Assembly (NCBI GenBank): GCA_965205865.1
Contig: CBDBHR010000029.1
Span: 416,001 to 480,000, forward strand
Length of the DNA stretch: 64,000 nucleotides
Origin: a bacterium
GTDB lineage: Bacteria; SAR324; NAC60-12
Direction: 5' to 3'
Below, piece by piece: positions 7,465 to 17,899 of the stretch; the stretch's first letter is position 1; every line of letters begins with the position of its first letter. The notes under the pieces are model-generated. The model was not told where the DNA came from, made no database searches, and saw nothing but the letters and a program-made list of their open reading frames with translations. A program made the translations under genes and the position numbers.

Positions 7465-9424
7465 CTAATACCCCATTTCTTTCTTCAGCGCACTATCTAT
7501 CCAGAGGCGGGCGAAGACGTGGAGATCCGCATAATCTACAAGCTTGCTTTCACCGTTAAAACCTGTGAGCCACGGCTGGACCGCCACAAAACTTTGGGCC
7601 ATCGGAGTCCAGATCTGCCAGAACTCCTCTATTGCCCACATATTCAAGCTCATTAGAGAGCCTGTTCATCTCCTCGATGGTAGTAGCTTCTGTGGCAGCT
7701 TTCCACTTGGCGTCATACTCAGGCAGCGAGACGTTGGAGGAGTTCCATGACGCTTTCGTTGTATAGATCATAGGGGGACTATAGGGGATCTGTTTAAAAG
7801 CCGCTACCGCAGTAATCATATCGAAATCCCTGGCTTGTCTTTTGGAGACAAATGTCGCCAGCGGTGTTACCTGAACATCGACCTCAACGCCGATCTCAGC
7901 CCATAATGAAGCGATTAATTCCGAATAGTTCGCATCCCAGGGTTCGAGGTGGACCATCGTGGTCTTGAAGCCATTGGGATAGCCTGCTTCCGCCAGAAGC
8001 TTTTTTGCCCCTTCCGGGTCGTAGGTAAAGACTTTCTTGACATCTTCGGGCCAATCTTCAAATTGGGTGACCACATCTTTCATGTCACGGCTGATGTGCC
8101 CCTGAGGTACCGGATCCGCCCAACCCTTAAAGTAGCCCTGGGCAATAGCCTCGAGGTCCAGCGCCATCTGCATGGCCTTGCGCACCCGGATGTCGTCAAA
8201 GGGTTTCCTCTGAACGTTCATACCAAAACCTTGATCCGATCGAACCACATACGGCCATATCACGAGTTCGGGATTGGTCCGCTGGAGGCTCTCTACCTGG
8301 TCTATATTCCTGATTTGAGCCCGCCCGATCACACCCATGTAATCGGCCTTGCCCGAGCGCAGTGCTGCCAGTTGTGTTACCGTTTCCGGCATAACCAGGG
8401 CCTTTATCTCGTCGACGTAGGGCAAACGGTTCTCCGGGTATTTTTCGTCAAAGCCCCAGTAGTCAGGATTCTTTTCATAGGTGAGAGAGCTGCCCTTGGT
8501 CCAGTCTGTCAGCTCAAAGGCTCCGGTGCCAACCAGGTTCCTCCAATCCCTCGCGTCCCCGTGTTCCTCGATGACGTCAGGGGGGTATATATACGCGACA
8601 TTGTCGTCTATGAGACCCTTCAGCATAGTGAGGTTGGGCTCCTTCAGCTTAAAGACAACCGTAAATTTGTCGGTGGCTATTATCGATTCGAATTTTATAA
8701 TCTTGAGAACTGTAGAAAACACAGATGGTTCGGTAAAGCCGCCACCCCAACCTATAACACGGCGAAAGTTATATGCGATATCGTCAGCGGTCAACTCTCG
8801 TCCGTTCATCGGTGCCTTATCATGCCAGTGAACGCCCTGGCGGACTTTGATGATATACGTCAACGGATCTGGTTGCGACCAGCTTTCCGCCAGAGCCCCT
8901 CTCGTGGCAGCTGGGGGGTTCAGAAACTGGAAGTTCCATTCGCCCCTTTTTATGCCCCAGTCCCCCATGCCCAGCTTCTCAACAACACCGCCGACATAAC
9001 CCCCCGCCCAAAGCTGTAAGGCTATATCCATATGCTCGGCCTCTTCTGCTTTTAAAAAGGTTAATGTCCCGCCGTATTCCGGTGCGGTCACAACTTTTCC
9101 AGTGGTGGGATCGGTCACATACTTCTGGGCGGCTGCCGGGCTGACCCAGAAGACGGCCACCATCAGGGTGAGGGTGAGCAGGATTGCACTGAAGGTTGAT
9201 TTGCTTTTTTGATGATCCATCTTTTTCCTTTCGATTGCATGTTCAAAATTAAGGATTGCTTTAAAACCTGCTTTCGTTCCCGAAAGCACGTTCTCGACGA
9301 TGCTTCTACTTTTTTGACGATTCATGGTGCTCCTTTCTGCTTTTTGATTAAAAACAAGATTGCGGGTTGCTTTAAAACCTGCTTTCGTTCCCGAAAGCAC
9401 GTTCTTGAAGATTTCTCCACACAT
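7465..9424 (-). pseudogene. Family-5 SBP (SBP2), frameshifted near the C-terminus
   Basis: ORF 7556..9424 leaves homology at EEMNRLSNEL; conserved tail NMWAIEEFWQIWTP...LWIDSALKKEMGY lies in another frame (7465..7653); one extra base near 7645-7650; in-frame starts at 9424, 9325, 9220. Confidence 0.85.
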
Positions 9425-10110
9425 TGGGTCTCCTTCATTTTGGAGTGATCAAAAAATCGATTCATTGGCTCCAGGATTGGGCAATGAACCCTGAGCTTTC
9501 AATTCTCTTGAGGAATTTCCATTTGCTGAAATGAACTTTGGTGTAATTTAAGGATCTCTCCCTGAAGTCGAGATGACATAAGGGGGACAACCCAATGAAC
9601 TTGAGATTGGGGACTTGTGACTTGTTGCTTGGAACTTATTACTGGGAACTGGGAACTGGGAACTGGGAACTGGGAACTGGGAACTGGGAACTGGGAACTG
9701 GGAACTGAGAACTGGGAACTGACTGGTGTTTGAGTTTACTCGCATATCCACCTTACTGTCAAGATTCTTTTATACTTGAAACAGGTTAATTTTAGGCCTT
9801 CTTGTCATCCTGACGGTCCGCCGATGTGTTAAATCGAAAGATCGCATTATTGCCCTTCCGTTCCTGGAATAATATTGTATACTCGCTTTGCAAATGGTTG
9901 TCAAACTTTTTTTAAATAGGGCGACTCATTCATTCATGAGTGTCTTCTAAAGATCAACGAAAATACTTTTTCATATTGAGATCAAGAAGTCAACATTTTT
10001 ATTTGGCACTGTTCAATTCCCCGTTGAGCGTTTCTAAAAATCCTCTGGGGACGAGATGAGGTTTGACATAACTTTCGGCTAAATAAGTAGCGAATTTGAA
10101 ATAAAACCTT
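9425..10110 (-). promoter_or_regulatory. Type A conserved SBP leader (inverted homolog of 57369..58075)
   Basis: Long colinear similarity including TTGACA-N17-TATACA (9904..9876), TTGACA-N18-TAAACT (9762..9733) and the heptamer array. Confidence 0.75.
9644..9720. repeat. Heptamer tandem array, 11 units GGGAACT (one GAGAACT variant)
   Basis: Counted directly. Confidence 0.97.
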
Positions 10111-10124
10111 TTTTTGCGCAGATA

Positions 10125-10339
10125 CTCTGTTTTTTAATGGACGGCAGCAGCCGTCATCTCAGTTGGTTCGATCACCTCAAAAGGGACGAGGGTTATGCCG
10201 CGTTGTTGTCATGCAGTGAGCAAGACCTTGCCTCCTCGCATGCCGTGAAAAGATTTTTTGGAAAGTTCTCTTTTGTACGAGTCTACCTGTTAAAGAGTGG
10301 GGGGAAACTCAATCAAAATTTGCAATTGCCGGATTTAGG
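10125..10339 (+). mobile_element. IS1380-family remnant (short transposase-like fragment plus right end)
   Basis: DGSSRHLSWFDHLKRDEGYAA...ASSHAVKRFF followed by AAAGAGTGGGGGGAAACTCAATCAAAAT...CAATTGC.GGATTTAGG, matching the right end of the IS at 55570..57265. Confidence 0.7.
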
Positions 10340-10493
10340 TCAAATTCATATTTTCAAATGAATTGGAGCATGTTAGTGCTTGAATAAGCCCGGAAAGCAA
10401 GGTATGTTACAAGAAAATATCACAATAACCCTTCATTTTCCTTAAGCAAGTCTGCAAAAGGCTTGGGGAGCGTGGTTTTTTCCGGAGTACTAT

Positions 10494-11780
10494 TTGGTAA
10501 ATCAGGACTTTGCTGTTGAATCGAAGCGAGTAATGCTGATCGCGGTTCAACTTCCTTCCCAATCGGAGCGAGAGATTCTTCATTCCCTGGAAGAACTGGC
10601 ATCCCTGGCATCCTCGGCGGGCTTTCAAATTGCAACTCAAATCATTCAAATTCGTCCTCAGATTCATCCTGCAACCTATGTAGGAAAAGGAAAAATTTCG
10701 CAAATCAAAGAGACGATCCATCGTTCCCACATCGATTTGATCATCATCGATGGACCATTAACCCCCAAGCAGGAAAAAAACCTTGAAGCCGCCAGCAAAT
10801 GCCTGGTCTGGGACCGCACCCAACTGATCCTCGAGATTTTTGCCCAAAATGCCAGAACCTATGAAGCCAAACGGCAGATAGAATTGGCGCAACTGCAATA
10901 TACTTTACCCCGTTTGGTCGGCCTCTGGATGCACCTGGACCGGGAACGTGGGGGGATCGGCGCCTCTCGAGGTATGGGTGAAAAGCAGATTGAAACGGAC
11001 CGACGCGTGATTAGTACCAGGATTGCTCATTTAAAAGAAGAACTGAAACGTGTTGCCAATGAACGGAAAATACAGAAAAAACGCCGCGGTGATTGTTTGC
11101 AAGTCAGTTTGATAGGATATACAAATGCCGGAAAATCCACCATCATGAACGCGCTGACGGATTCAGAATTGCTGGTAAAAGATAAATTGTTTGCCACCTT
11201 GGATTCCACGACACGCTTGCTGGACGAGAAAAATCGTCCTGAAATATTACTTTCGGATACGGTGGGTTTCATTAAAAATCTGCCACACGAGTTAATCGCA
11301 TCATTTCGCTCCACCTTGGAGATCATCCGCGATGCCGATTTGCTGCTGCATGTAGTAGACGTCAACGCCATCGATTATGCAGAGCATATCGACACGGCCC
11401 TGCAAGTCTTGGATGACCTGCAGGCCCATTGCATCCCCCAACTACTGTTATTCAATAAAATTGACCGGGTGGAATCTCCAACACGGTTGCCAATTCTCAA
11501 GAAAAAGTATCCCGAGGCTTTGTTTGTTTCCGCATTCAATGGCAGCATGCCGGGACTGCGTGAGGAAATCGTCCGTTTTTTTGAAAAGAAAATGGATACG
11601 GTAGAGGTGCTTCTCGATTATCAAAACTCGCATAATTTGGCTCATATTTACGAATGGAGCCGTGTGGATTCCATTGAATATAAAAACGATGGCATCCATC
11701 TGACACTGACTTCCTCCACAGGCAATCTAGATCGTCTCCGACATCATATAGGTCCCGCTTATTTTCAGGAAGAGTTATGA
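10494..11780 (+). CDS. hflX: GTPase HflX
   Basis: GYTNAGKST, LFATLDST, DTVGFI, NKID. Confidence 0.95.
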   Translation: MVNQDFAVESKRVMLIAVQLPSQSEREILHSLEELASLASSAGFQIATQIIQIRPQIHPATYVGKGKISQIKETIHRSHIDLIIIDGPLTPKQEKNLEAASKCLVWDRTQLILEIFAQNARTYEAKRQIELAQLQYTLPRLVGLWMHLDRERGGIGASRGMGEKQIETDRRVISTRIAHLKEELKRVANERKIQKKRRGDCLQVSLIGYTNAGKSTIMNALTDSELLVKDKLFATLDSTTRLLDEKNRPEILLSDTVGFIKNLPHELIASFRSTLEIIRDADLLLHVVDVNAIDYAEHIDTALQVLDDLQAHCIPQLLLFNKIDRVESPTRLPILKKKYPEALFVSAFNGSMPGLREEIVRFFEKKMDTVEVLLDYQNSHNLAHIYEWSRVDSIEYKNDGIHLTLTSSTGNLDRLRHHIGPAYFQEEL

Positions 11781-12601
11781 ATTCACACCGCATTGGGCTG
11801 GTCCAGATGAACTCGGGGGACGATTTCCGGCAAAATTTAAAGTTTGCTCATCAGCAAATCCAAAAAGCCAGTCGGCAGGCCGTCACTTTGCTGGCATTTC
11901 CTGAAGTTTTTTTGTATTTGGGAAACACGTCGGAAGGTAAATTTAAAATAGCTCAAACGCTGGATGGCGAGATCGTGCAAAGCTTTCGGAACTACGCAGC
12001 GCGCTATGGAATCTCCGTTCTGCTGGGAAGCATCTATGAAATTGTGCCAGATTATTCCGAACACCTCTACAATACTTCGATTTTGCTGGACGGTCGGGGA
12101 GAAATCCGTGGGATCTATCGAAAAATCCATCTCTTCGATGTCGATGCCCCGACCTTGCGAAGTTTGGAATCGCGGCAAATTGCGCCAGGCATGGATACGG
12201 TGGTTGTCGAGCATGAAATTGGAAAGATCGGATTGAGCATCTGCTACGATGTCCGCTTTCCAGGGTTGTATCAGCATTTGAGAGATAAAGGAGCGGAAGT
12301 TGTTTTTGTCCCTTCCGCTTTTTTCCTGCAAACGGGAAAAAGTCATTGGTTCCCTTTGTTGCAAGCCCGCGCCATTGAAAACCAAGTCTATATTGCAGCA
12401 CCTGCTCAATGGGGACGTCATCCCGGCAACCGTTTCTCTTTTGGAAATAGCGTCCTCATCGATCCCTGGGGAACGATCATCTCCCGTGCGTCCGAACGCG
12501 TGGAGACCATCATCGGCACGATTGACCTCGATTATCTCCACAAAATACGGCAGCGTATGCCGATAGTGGAACATCGGCGCTCAAAATATTACCCTTCGTG
12601 A
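11777..12601 (+). CDS. Carbon-nitrogen hydrolase (Nit1/YbeM-like deaminated glutathione amidase)
   Basis: E-K-C triad: FPEVF, YRKIHLFD, ICYDVRFP; ARAIENQ. Confidence 0.88.
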   Translation: MNSHRIGLVQMNSGDDFRQNLKFAHQQIQKASRQAVTLLAFPEVFLYLGNTSEGKFKIAQTLDGEIVQSFRNYAARYGISVLLGSIYEIVPDYSEHLYNTSILLDGRGEIRGIYRKIHLFDVDAPTLRSLESRQIAPGMDTVVVEHEIGKIGLSICYDVRFPGLYQHLRDKGAEVVFVPSAFFLQTGKSHWFPLLQARAIENQVYIAAPAQWGRHPGNRFSFGNSVLIDPWGTIISRASERVETIIGTIDLDYLHKIRQRMPIVEHRRSKYYPS

Positions 12602-12667
12602 CAGCAAGTGGTAGCCAATCTTTCTGCTTCCACCAAGATTACATTTTTGCGTTAGGGACCATTTCAA

Positions 12668-13969
12668 GTGGATCAGTTTATTGTAGAAGGTAGCAATCCG
12701 ATTTCAGGTGAAATCACGCCAACCGGCAATAAAAATGAAGCATTGCCTGTGCTGGCGGCTGCTATTTTAACAAGCGAACCCATCATCCTGCGGAATATTC
12801 CCGATATTCTGGACATTCAAAGCATGTTGGAACTATTGGAAAGCCTGGGAATGCGAATTAGCCGTTTGGATGCCCACACTTTCTGTTTGCATGCCCAGTC
12901 CATCACCTCGGATACGCCTTTCTTTCACCAGGCTTCTTTGATCAGAGGATCGTTTTTATTAGCAGGCCCTATGCTGGCTCGCTATGGATCCATTCACCTT
13001 CCCGGACCGGGAGGCGATACCATCGGCGTCCGTCCGGTCAACACGCACTTGCAGGCATTGAAAGATTTGGGAACCCGAATAGAATTGGGAGAAGGGGCCA
13101 ATTACCGCATGTTCACCAACGGACTGAAAGGCGCCGACATCTATATGGACGAGGCCAGTGTGATGGGGACCGAGAATACGATTATGGCTGCGGTGACGGC
13201 GGTGGGGAATACGACCATTTACAATGCTGCTTGTGAACCGCACGTCCAGGGGTTGTGCCATTGTTTGAATGACATGGGAGCCAAAATTATCGGGATCGGG
13301 AGCAATACTCTCTTCATTGAAGGAGTGTCCGGTTTGCACGGATGCGAATATACGATCCAGCCTGACCATATCGAAGTGGGATCCTTTATCGGATTGACGG
13401 TGATGACTCGAGGCGAATTGTTGATTCGACAAGCAGGGATTCCCCACATCCGCATGATTCGTATGATGTATGACAAACTGGGGGTGGAAATACAACTCCG
13501 GGGAGACGATATCTGGGTTCCCCAACAGAATAATTTGCGGATTCGTTCCGATCCTTTTGAAGGCGTTCCCAAGATCGATGACGCACCATGGCCTGGTTTC
13601 CCTTCCGATTTGCTCAGCATTATGATCGTTGTTGCCACTCAATGTTCAGGGACAGTATTGATTTTTGAAAAAATGTTCGAAAGCCGATTGTTTTGGGTGG
13701 ACAAACTGATTAACATGGGAGCTAAAATCATTTTATGTGATCCGCATCGGATCGTAGTCACCGGTCCGGCTTCTCTGATGGGCGCTCCTGCCAGCGCCCC
13801 TTTGTTCTCTCCCGATATTCGTGCCGGGATGTCACTCCTGATTGCCGCCCTCGGCGCGAAAGGCAATAGTGTAATTCAGAACATTCATCAGATTGATCGA
13901 GGATACGAAAAGATTGATGAGCGCCTGAACACGTTGGGAGCCCGAATTCAACGAGTACCGCAAACATGA
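12668..13969 (+). CDS. murA: UDP-N-acetylglucosamine 1-carboxyvinyltransferase
   Basis: [45 protein letters not shown]. Confidence 0.95.
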   Translation: MDQFIVEGSNPISGEITPTGNKNEALPVLAAAILTSEPIILRNIPDILDIQSMLELLESLGMRISRLDAHTFCLHAQSITSDTPFFHQASLIRGSFLLAGPMLARYGSIHLPGPGGDTIGVRPVNTHLQALKDLGTRIELGEGANYRMFTNGLKGADIYMDEASVMGTENTIMAAVTAVGNTTIYNAACEPHVQGLCHCLNDMGAKIIGIGSNTLFIEGVSGLHGCEYTIQPDHIEVGSFIGLTVMTRGELLIRQAGIPHIRMIRMMYDKLGVEIQLRGDDIWVPQQNNLRIRSDPFEGVPKIDDAPWPGFPSDLLSIMIVVATQCSGTVLIFEKMFESRLFWVDKLINMGAKIILCDPHRIVVTGPASLMGAPASAPLFSPDIRAGMSLLIAALGAKGNSVIQNIHQIDRGYEKIDERLNTLGARIQRVPQT

Positions 13970-14550
13970 CACCGCAAACATGCCCGCATTGCCACAGCAA
14001 AATTTCTGATCCTAAAACTTCATTCTGTCCCATTTGCGGATTGTTCCGCTTTGGCGGACTACGCAATCCACAATCTTTTCCTTCGCAATTCCCGGAAACC
14101 AAGCTGGCAACGAACCACTATGCGTCGCTGGGAACCCGATTCCTGGCCCGTATTATTGACTATACGATCTTGGGAATTTTAACTTGTTTGATCGACTGGA
14201 GCAGCGGAGGAGCCTTGATCGAAGGTTGGATCTGGTTCTACAACGGCATCTCAGGTATCCCTCAGGTTATTTTTGCCGTCTGTATTTCGATGATTTTGTT
14301 TTTGGGATATTTTGTAGTTTTTCAGAGTTTCAGTGGACAAACCCCTGGAAAATGGCTCTGCCGAATTGTAGTGCTCAAACAAGGCCTCCGCATTCCTGGG
14401 TTTTTCTCAAATGTTTTCCGCGAAATCGGAGTTTGGATCACTGTGTCGACCGGGGGTTGGCTTCTGTTGATTCTCATATTTTCTTCACGAAACAAGGGCT
14501 TCCATGATTTTCTCTCAGGAGTGGAAGTTTACCGTTCAAGTGAATCATAG
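13966..14550 (+). CDS. Zinc-ribbon plus RDD family membrane protein
   Basis: [30 protein letters not shown]. Confidence 0.85.
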   Translation: MTPQTCPHCHSKISDPKTSFCPICGLFRFGGLRNPQSFPSQFPETKLATNHYASLGTRFLARIIDYTILGILTCLIDWSSGGALIEGWIWFYNGISGIPQVIFAVCISMILFLGYFVVFQSFSGQTPGKWLCRIVVLKQGLRIPGFFSNVFREIGVWITVSTGGWLLLILIFSSRNKGFHDFLSGVEVYRSSES

Positions 14551-14557
14551 TGCTCAG

Positions 14558-15847
14558 ATGGATAGCGATGCATCCTCCAGTCAGTCCGTGCGGTTTACTC
14601 ATGGAAAAATACCTCGACGCCCTGGTATTGCGCTGGTTCTGACCATGTTGGTAATGTTGCTGGTGACGATTTTCATGACCGAATTTCACTTTGAAACCAC
14701 TTTGGAAATCCGGGCAATTGAAAATTTCCAATCTTCCTTTGTGGCTCAGTCCGTCGTCAAATCCATGTTCAAAGCCGTTTTGGCGGCGCTTTCATTCAAC
14801 GAAAACATTTTTTTTGAACAGCTTGCCTATATCTACCAGTTTACTGGTGCTGATTCAGAGTTTTCCTTCCAAGATTCACCCAGTGAATTGATTCCTTTGC
14901 CGGAAGGAATTTTTCCTGCTTCCACGGAACACGATTTCAAAGGAGCCATCTTTTATACGCCGTATGTCCGTCCCATCGACCACCTTTTCAATCTCAATCG
15001 CATTCAAACCAAAAAAGGAACTCGGGCGCCAGATACGCCGACAGATCGCATTATTTTCAATCAGTTCGTCAATCAGGTCACTCAGATCCCCATCGAAATC
15101 CGGCAACCGGAAGGTACTACGGAACGACCGGGATATTATTATCTGGAGTTGGAAGAGATTGCGCCTTTGTATGCCGCTATTTTCGACTGGTCCGATGCCA
15201 GGGATAATGGAACACCCTACTCCAACGAGGCAGGAGTCCAAGGAATCGAGGATCCGGCCTACCTCGATTTTCAAGCAGCTCCTGATTTGAAAATTAAAAA
15301 CCGCGGCTTCGATCGGCTCACTGAACTCAAATTGATCGAGGGGATTGTGGAAAGTGAAATCCCCTATGAAGATTGGAAACGGCATTTCACAGTCCATCAG
15401 GTGGGTATTGCCCAAGGACTGGACGTTGAACCCCGCCTGAATGTGAATTTAGCAACCCGGGATGAAATTGACGTATTCCTCAGGCGTTTCGAGCAAAATA
15501 CCCAATATTATGCAGAGTTGGGAAGACCTCCCGAAAATCAGGAACATTTACAGGAATTTGCTGAGTTTTCTGAAGAAATTGCTGCGGCTCTGATGACTTA
15601 TGGTGAAGAAGGGAAACGCGCGCGTTTTCCGGATTTCAGAAGTATCGATGAAGCCCTGCGTCCTTTGGATTTGACAAGACACAACTATCAGGACTTTTTC
15701 ATCCTCCACAGTAATTGGTACGAGATTCGTCTGGTGGCGGAAGTGGTCGGGATTCAAGCAGAAATCCAAGCGGTCGTCTACATCCCTCGAGACCAAGATG
15801 GTGATGCAAATGGTAGGGTAGTGATTAAAGATTTTCTGTTGCGCTAA
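14558..15847 (+). CDS. gspK: Type II secretion minor pseudopilin GspK-like
   Basis: RRPG|IALVLTML prepilin-like site with hydrophobic helix; AIFDWSD, KNRGFDRLTELKLIEGI, LNVNLAT; start uncertain (14504 or 14558). Confidence 0.75.
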   Translation: MDSDASSSQSVRFTHGKIPRRPGIALVLTMLVMLLVTIFMTEFHFETTLEIRAIENFQSSFVAQSVVKSMFKAVLAALSFNENIFFEQLAYIYQFTGADSEFSFQDSPSELIPLPEGIFPASTEHDFKGAIFYTPYVRPIDHLFNLNRIQTKKGTRAPDTPTDRIIFNQFVNQVTQIPIEIRQPEGTTERPGYYYLELEEIAPLYAAIFDWSDARDNGTPYSNEAGVQGIEDPAYLDFQAAPDLKIKNRGFDRLTELKLIEGIVESEIPYEDWKRHFTVHQVGIAQGLDVEPRLNVNLATRDEIDVFLRRFEQNTQYYAELGRPPENQEHLQEFAEFSEEIAAALMTYGEEGKRARFPDFRSIDEALRPLDLTRHNYQDFFILHSNWYEIRLVAEVVGIQAEIQAVVYIPRDQDGDANGRVVIKDFLLR

Positions 15848-15879
15848 TTTGCAAACGTTCCCGTTGTCAGGAGGCTCTG

Positions 15880-16665
15880 TTGACCTCTCATAATCTTATT
15901 GGACACCGCATTATTTACCTGGATGAAGTTGATTCAACCAATTCATTTCTAATGAGGGAAAATCAATATCTGAAAGTGCATGGCTTGGTTGTGACCGCAA
16001 AATCGCAACGGGGGGGCCGGGGAAGAAGCGGACGCGAATACATTTCTTTTCCTGGCAAAAATCTCACATTTTCCGTCGTCATTCATCCCCAAACCCACAG
16101 GGAGCAACTCGGAATTTATTCTTTATTGGCAGGTATTGCCGTCACCCGGACATTGAGCCCCTTCGTCAACACTCCACCCAGGCTCAAATGGCCCAACGAT
16201 GTTCTGATAGGCAAGCGAAAAATCTGTGGGATTCTCCTGGAAAAAACCAACCTGGCTGAAGTGGGTTCCCCCATTTTGGTGGTTGGGATTGGCATCAATT
16301 GTCTGGGGAGTCCGCAGGATTTTCCTCAAGACCTGCAGCAAACTCTTACCACGCTTCAAGTAGAATCGACAAAGAATATCGAACTGGATTTGGTATTTCG
16401 GGAAACATTGCTGCAAGTGGAACAAGTGATTCTGGAACTGACAAAACAAGGGACTGCCGATCTGCTGGAAGAATGGCTACGTCATTCCAATTCATTGGGC
16501 GCTGCTGTGCAGTATGAGACAATCGAGGGTTGGGATTTTGGCACCATAGCCGGCCTGACGGCAGAAGGATATTTATTGATCCGTCATCACTCGGGCAAAC
16601 TGATCCCCCATGTCTCCGGGGATGTCCTCTATCAAGAATCTCCCTATGGCATCAAAAAACGCTGA
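15880..16665 (+). CDS. birA: Biotin-[acetyl-CoA-carboxylase] ligase, no N-terminal HTH
   Basis: DSTN, QRGGRGRSGR, KWPND, KICGIL, GIGIN. Confidence 0.93.
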   Translation: MTSHNLIGHRIIYLDEVDSTNSFLMRENQYLKVHGLVVTAKSQRGGRGRSGREYISFPGKNLTFSVVIHPQTHREQLGIYSLLAGIAVTRTLSPFVNTPPRLKWPNDVLIGKRKICGILLEKTNLAEVGSPILVVGIGINCLGSPQDFPQDLQQTLTTLQVESTKNIELDLVFRETLLQVEQVILELTKQGTADLLEEWLRHSNSLGAAVQYETIEGWDFGTIAGLTAEGYLLIRHHSGKLIPHVSGDVLYQESPYGIKKR

Positions 16666-16728
16666 ATCCATCGTCCAAAAAATTAATCTTTTCGAGTCGA
16701 ATTTCCCATCGCTCGCTGCTTGATTGAC

Positions 16729-16753
16729 CGTTCCGTCGCTTTACGACGGAACG
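16729..16753. terminator. Stem-loop downstream of birA
   Basis: CGTTCCGTCG-CTTTA-CGACGGAACG; no U-tract. Confidence 0.45.
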
Positions 16754-16826
16754 CATATGCAGCCCTTGCGACCGTTTAGTAGTTGAAACGGTATCCCCGT
16801 GAAAAACGTGGGAACGATTCTACATA

Positions 16827-17000
16827 ACCTGAGTTCGAGATAAGAATTTAATAAATTCAATATGTTATGGAATCTTAATATCTTAGAGAAACCTTGTCAT
16901 TCCTGCGAAGCTTGTCCCCGCTTTCGCAAGGACAAGCTTCGCAGGAATGACATATACACTAGGATACTCATATTATTGAAGATTTATGTCGAACTCAGGT
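16827..17000. mobile_element. 174-bp MITE with a nested palindrome
   Basis: TIR ACCTGAGTTCGA(G/C)ATAA at both ends; flanking TACATA duplication (16821-16826, 17001-17006); internal TGTCATTCCTGCGAAGCTTGTCC...GGACAAGCTTCGCAGGAATGACA. Confidence 0.85.
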
Positions 17001-17020
17001 TACATAGTTTTGCTTGAGTT

Positions 17021-17551
17021 TTAGCGCCTGAAGAGCAGTACGAGGATCCAAATTTCCAATAAAACGATGATTCCCCACAGTGTCCAAAGGTACCATTGCC
17101 GGTCAATTGCAGGAAGTTGGACAACCTGATTGAATTCAATTGGGAGTTGCGAGTCGAAAGACGAAGGGCGGAGTCCTTGATCGGATTCAGAAAAAATCGC
17201 AATATGGCAGAAATCTCTGGCAGTGAAAAAATCGTCAATTTCCTCAAATGGAAGATCAAGAGTAGTATCGAATTCGATACCAATCCAGCAACCTTCTCTG
17301 TAAGGGAAAGTCCATACCACATTCCCTTCACGCTCCCAGGTCCCTTCCGTGAACTCTATCTCTTCGCCAAATCGGTTTCGCTCCAAAAAAAATTGGATGC
17401 GATAGGAGACCGCTTCACAAAGTGGCTCTGCAGAAAGTATTTGGATTCCTTCAGGGGACCAGTTTGTAACCTGCCCGTGTACCGTTTCGCCATCAATCAT
17501 CAGTTCTGCTGACAAAAGATGCGGATAGCGTTCTTTTGGCGTATGGGTCAT
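17021..17551 (-). CDS. PilZ-like domain protein with C-terminal transmembrane helix
   Basis: KERYP...GQVTNWSPEGIQI...GNVVW...IGIEF resembles PilZ RxxxR / (D/N)xSxxG; hydrophobic C-terminus. Confidence 0.55.
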   Translation of the reverse strand: MTHTPKERYPHLLSAELMIDGETVHGQVTNWSPEGIQILSAEPLCEAVSYRIQFFLERNRFGEEIEFTEGTWEREGNVVWTFPYREGCWIGIEFDTTLDLPFEEIDDFFTARDFCHIAIFSESDQGLRPSSFDSQLPIEFNQVVQLPAIDRQWYLWTLWGIIVLLEIWILVLLFRR

Positions 17552-17743
17552 AGAGAGAATCCTCTCGGTTTGGAAACAAATCTTTGTTTTTGGTCACAAA
17601 CCCCGTATTCATTCAAGATTGTCGGCAATCATGCAAGCACAAAATTGCTGTTTCCTGCCACTTTTTTAAGCAAGTGATTAAAAAATGTGCGGATTGCATA
17701 AATTAATTTTAAAAAAAGCATTGAAATTCATACAGTTATGGAA

Positions 17744-17759
17744 TGGTTTGGATTTTGCT
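17744..17759 (+). promoter_or_regulatory. Candidate sigma54 (-24/-12) promoter for glnA
   Basis: TGGTTTGGATTTTGCT = GG-N10-GC with TTGC; weak NtrC-like A-tract sites upstream. Confidence 0.35.
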
Positions 17760-17899
17760 GCATGGAGAATTACTATGGTACATAGAGGGAGATTTATTGA
17801 AAACTGAGACCGGCGCGTTCGATGGTGGGATTTGCTTGCATTTTTCGCAAGCCTCTTCTAATCTGCTTCACTGCAAGCCATTGTTAAAATAACTCATTG

